Of a stretch of DNA of 64,000 nucleotides, positions 61,984-64,000 are shown piece by piece. The notes below the pieces were generated by a model. It saw only the letters and a list, made by a program, of their open reading frames with translations. It was not told where the DNA came from and did not search any database. How positions within the stretch are numbered: position 1 is the first letter of the stretch; the number at the start of each line of letters is the position of its first letter. This DNA comes from an uncultured Acidobacteriota bacterium (GTDB taxonomy: Bacteria > Acidobacteriota > Vicinamibacteria > Fen-336), in the NCBI GenBank assembly GCA_963720545.1, contig OY970399.1:2400001-2464000 (forward strand). The letters are read 5' to 3'. The translations under genes and the position numbers were made by a program.

Positions 61984-63654
61984 ATGCTCAAAACCTGCCT
62001 GCGCCTGGCCGTGTTCGTGGCCGCCACAGCGCCTCTCCACGCCGACACCTATCCGCGCCAAAGCGGCGTCGACATCGCGCGCTACGTGTTCAAGCTGTCG
62101 CTCCAGGATGGCAGCGACGAGATCGCGGCAGAGGCCCGGATCGACGGCGAGCGCACCACTGCACTTCCGCCGCCGCAGGCTCTGGTCCTCGACCTGGTGA
62201 AGCAGTCGGCGGCGCGCGCCGGCAAGGGCATGGCCGTCCGCGCCGTCGAGGTGAACGGCGCACTCGCCGCGTTCAGCCACGAACAGGACCGGCTCAGCGT
62301 GCCGCTGCCGCCGGGGGCACCGCACACGCGCTTCAGCGTGCTGGTGCGCTACCACGGCGTGCCGGCCGAAGCGCTGCGCATCGGCCCGAATCGCTATGGC
62401 GAGCGCACCTTCTTCAGCAGCAACTGGCCGGACCTGGCACGCAATTGGCTGCCGGTCGTGGACCATCCCTACGACAAGGCGGCGTGCGAATTCGACATCG
62501 AGGCGCCGGCGCACTACCAGGTGCTCGCGAGCGGCGTGCTGGTCGAGGAGACCGACCTCGACGGCGACCGGCGGCGCACCCGCTGGCGGCAGGATGTGCC
62601 GATTGCGCCGTGGCTCTACGGCATAGGCGTCGCGCGCTTCGCGGTGGAACAGCTCGGCACCGTGCGCGGCACGCCCCTCTCGACCTGGGTCTACGCCCGC
62701 GACCGCGACCACGGCTTTGGCACCTTCGCCCATCCGACGCCCGAAGCGTTCTCTTTCTTCAGCGAGAACGTCGGCCCTTACGCCTACGGCAAGCTCGCGA
62801 ACGTGCAGGCGGCGGGCGTGCGCGGCGGCATGGAGCTCGCCGGCAACATCTTCTACGGCGAGGATTCGGTCGCGGGCCCGCGCGTCACCGAGCGCTGGCA
62901 CGACGTCATCGTCCATGAGATCGCCCACCAGTGGTTCGGCGACTCGGTCACCGAAAACGACTGGGACGACGTCTGGCTGAGCGAAGGCTTCGCCACTTAC
63001 TTCACGCTGCTCTTCAACGAGCGCACCTACGGGCGCGACGTGTTCCTCGCCAAGCTGGAGGCAAGCCGCAGGCAGGTGCTCGAGTTCGCCGCCGCCAATC
63101 CCGGCTACCGGGTGATCCACGAGAACCTCGCCGACATGACGAAGGTGCTGAGCGGGCAGATCTACCAGAAGGGCGCCTGGACGCTGCACATGCTGCGCGG
63201 CGTGGTGGGCGACGACGCCTTCTGGCGTGGCGTGCGCGAGTATTACCGGCGCTACGCGGGTGGCAACGCGACCACCGCCGACTTCGAGCGTTGTCTCGAG
63301 GACGCATCGGGCCAGGAGCTCGGCTTCATGTTCGACCAGTGGCTGCGCCGCGCCGACATTCCGCAGGTGAGCGCCGGCTGGAGCTACGACGAGGCCGTGC
63401 ACCAGGTGCGGCTCGAGATGACGCAGGGGGCTGCCGCCTCCGACCCGGGCGCCGCCGCCTTCAAGCCGCTCCGCTTGCCGATGCAGGTCGAGATCCGCGC
63501 GGCCGATGGCAGCACCCGCCGCGAGGCGGTGACCTTCGATCGCGAGCGCCAGGAATTCACGTTCGCGGCGCCAGCGCGGCCGGCCGCTGTTGTCTTCGAC
63601 CCGGACAATTTCGTGCTGATGGCCGCTGCGTCGCGCACCGCCGAAGCGCGCTAG
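61984..63654 (+). CDS. M1 family aminopeptidase (exported)
   Basis: GGME, HEIAHQWFG...WLSEGFATY, YQKGA. Signal peptide from ATG 61984. Confidence 0.92.
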   Translation: MLKTCLRLAVFVAATAPLHADTYPRQSGVDIARYVFKLSLQDGSDEIAAEARIDGERTTALPPPQALVLDLVKQSAARAGKGMAVRAVEVNGALAAFSHEQDRLSVPLPPGAPHTRFSVLVRYHGVPAEALRIGPNRYGERTFFSSNWPDLARNWLPVVDHPYDKAACEFDIEAPAHYQVLASGVLVEETDLDGDRRRTRWRQDVPIAPWLYGIGVARFAVEQLGTVRGTPLSTWVYARDRDHGFGTFAHPTPEAFSFFSENVGPYAYGKLANVQAAGVRGGMELAGNIFYGEDSVAGPRVTERWHDVIVHEIAHQWFGDSVTENDWDDVWLSEGFATYFTLLFNERTYGRDVFLAKLEASRRQVLEFAAANPGYRVIHENLADMTKVLSGQIYQKGAWTLHMLRGVVGDDAFWRGVREYYRRYAGGNATTADFERCLEDASGQELGFMFDQWLRRADIPQVSAGWSYDEAVHQVRLEMTQGAAASDPGAAAFKPLRLPMQVEIRAADGSTRREAVTFDRERQEFTFAAPARPAAVVFDPDNFVLMAAASRTAEAR

Positions 63655-63664
63655 TATCGAAGGG

Positions 63665-64000
63665 TTGACCCCCACCGAACAGCATCATCAGGGCTTCGTC
63701 GAGTGGCTCGACGCGCATCGCCGGCTGCTGGTGATCACCGGCGCCGGTTGCAGCACCGCTTCGGGCATCCCCGACTACCGCGACCGCAACGGCGACTGGA
63801 AGCACAAGCGCCCGGTGTCCTACGGCGACTTCGTCGGCAGCGCCGCGGTGCGCCAACGCTACTGGGCGCGCAGCCTGGTCGGCTTCGCGCGCGTCGCCGC
63901 CGCCGAACCGAACGTGGCGCACCGCGCACTGGCGCGCCTCGAAGCCATGGGCCGCGTCGAGCGCGTCGTCACCCAGAACGTGGATGGCCTGCATCAGCGC
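63665..64000 (+). CDS. NAD-dependent deacylase, class II sirtuin (runs off the window edge)
   Basis: Not in the ORF track. Manual translation gives ITGAGCSTASGIPDYR...RQRYWARS...PNVAH...TQNVDGLHQ. Confidence 0.92.
   Translation, partial: MTPTEQHHQGFVEWLDAHRRLLVITGAGCSTASGIPDYRDRNGDWKHKRPVSYGDFVGSAAVRQRYWARSLVGFARVAAAEPNVAHRALARLEAMGRVERVVTQNVDGLHQR

Overview
High-GC bacterial chromosomal window, gene-dense and mostly housekeeping. An Acidobacteriota origin is inferred from a PadR plus ADOP-type permease pair and two acidobacterial-type VWA genes. In order it holds: mutS2-dnaG, a processive GT2 and a CDF transporter, DUF971 and FHA membrane proteins, a complete ccmABCDEFGHI operon, ArsR-SRPBCC, an M4/M36 protease, an AddAB-like pair plus a third stand-alone Fe-S PD-(D/E)XK nuclease, DUF349, coaA, PadR-ADOP, an FdhF/YdeP oxidoreductase, an IDH-family enzyme, an ECF sigma/anti-sigma operon, a Tyr-rich secreted protein, two VWA genes, an F0-only ATP synthase cluster, rel, rpmB, ridA, trxA-brxC, acnA, a RES-Xre toxin-antitoxin pair, an M1 peptidase and a partial sirtuin. 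I saw no rRNA, tRNA, CRISPR array or transposase. The most unusual observations are: (1) an AtpI-subunit a fusion with an internal signal-peptidase-like site, in an F0-only cluster with two AtpZ paralogues; (2) an ECF operon in which three exported proteins carry the same uncharacterised C-terminal domain; (3) a sigma54 plus IHF promoter ahead of a 27-Tyr low-complexity secreted protein; (4) recurring leaderless promoter geometry and probable CTG start codons. Family calls come from motif recognition by eye. No database searches were run.
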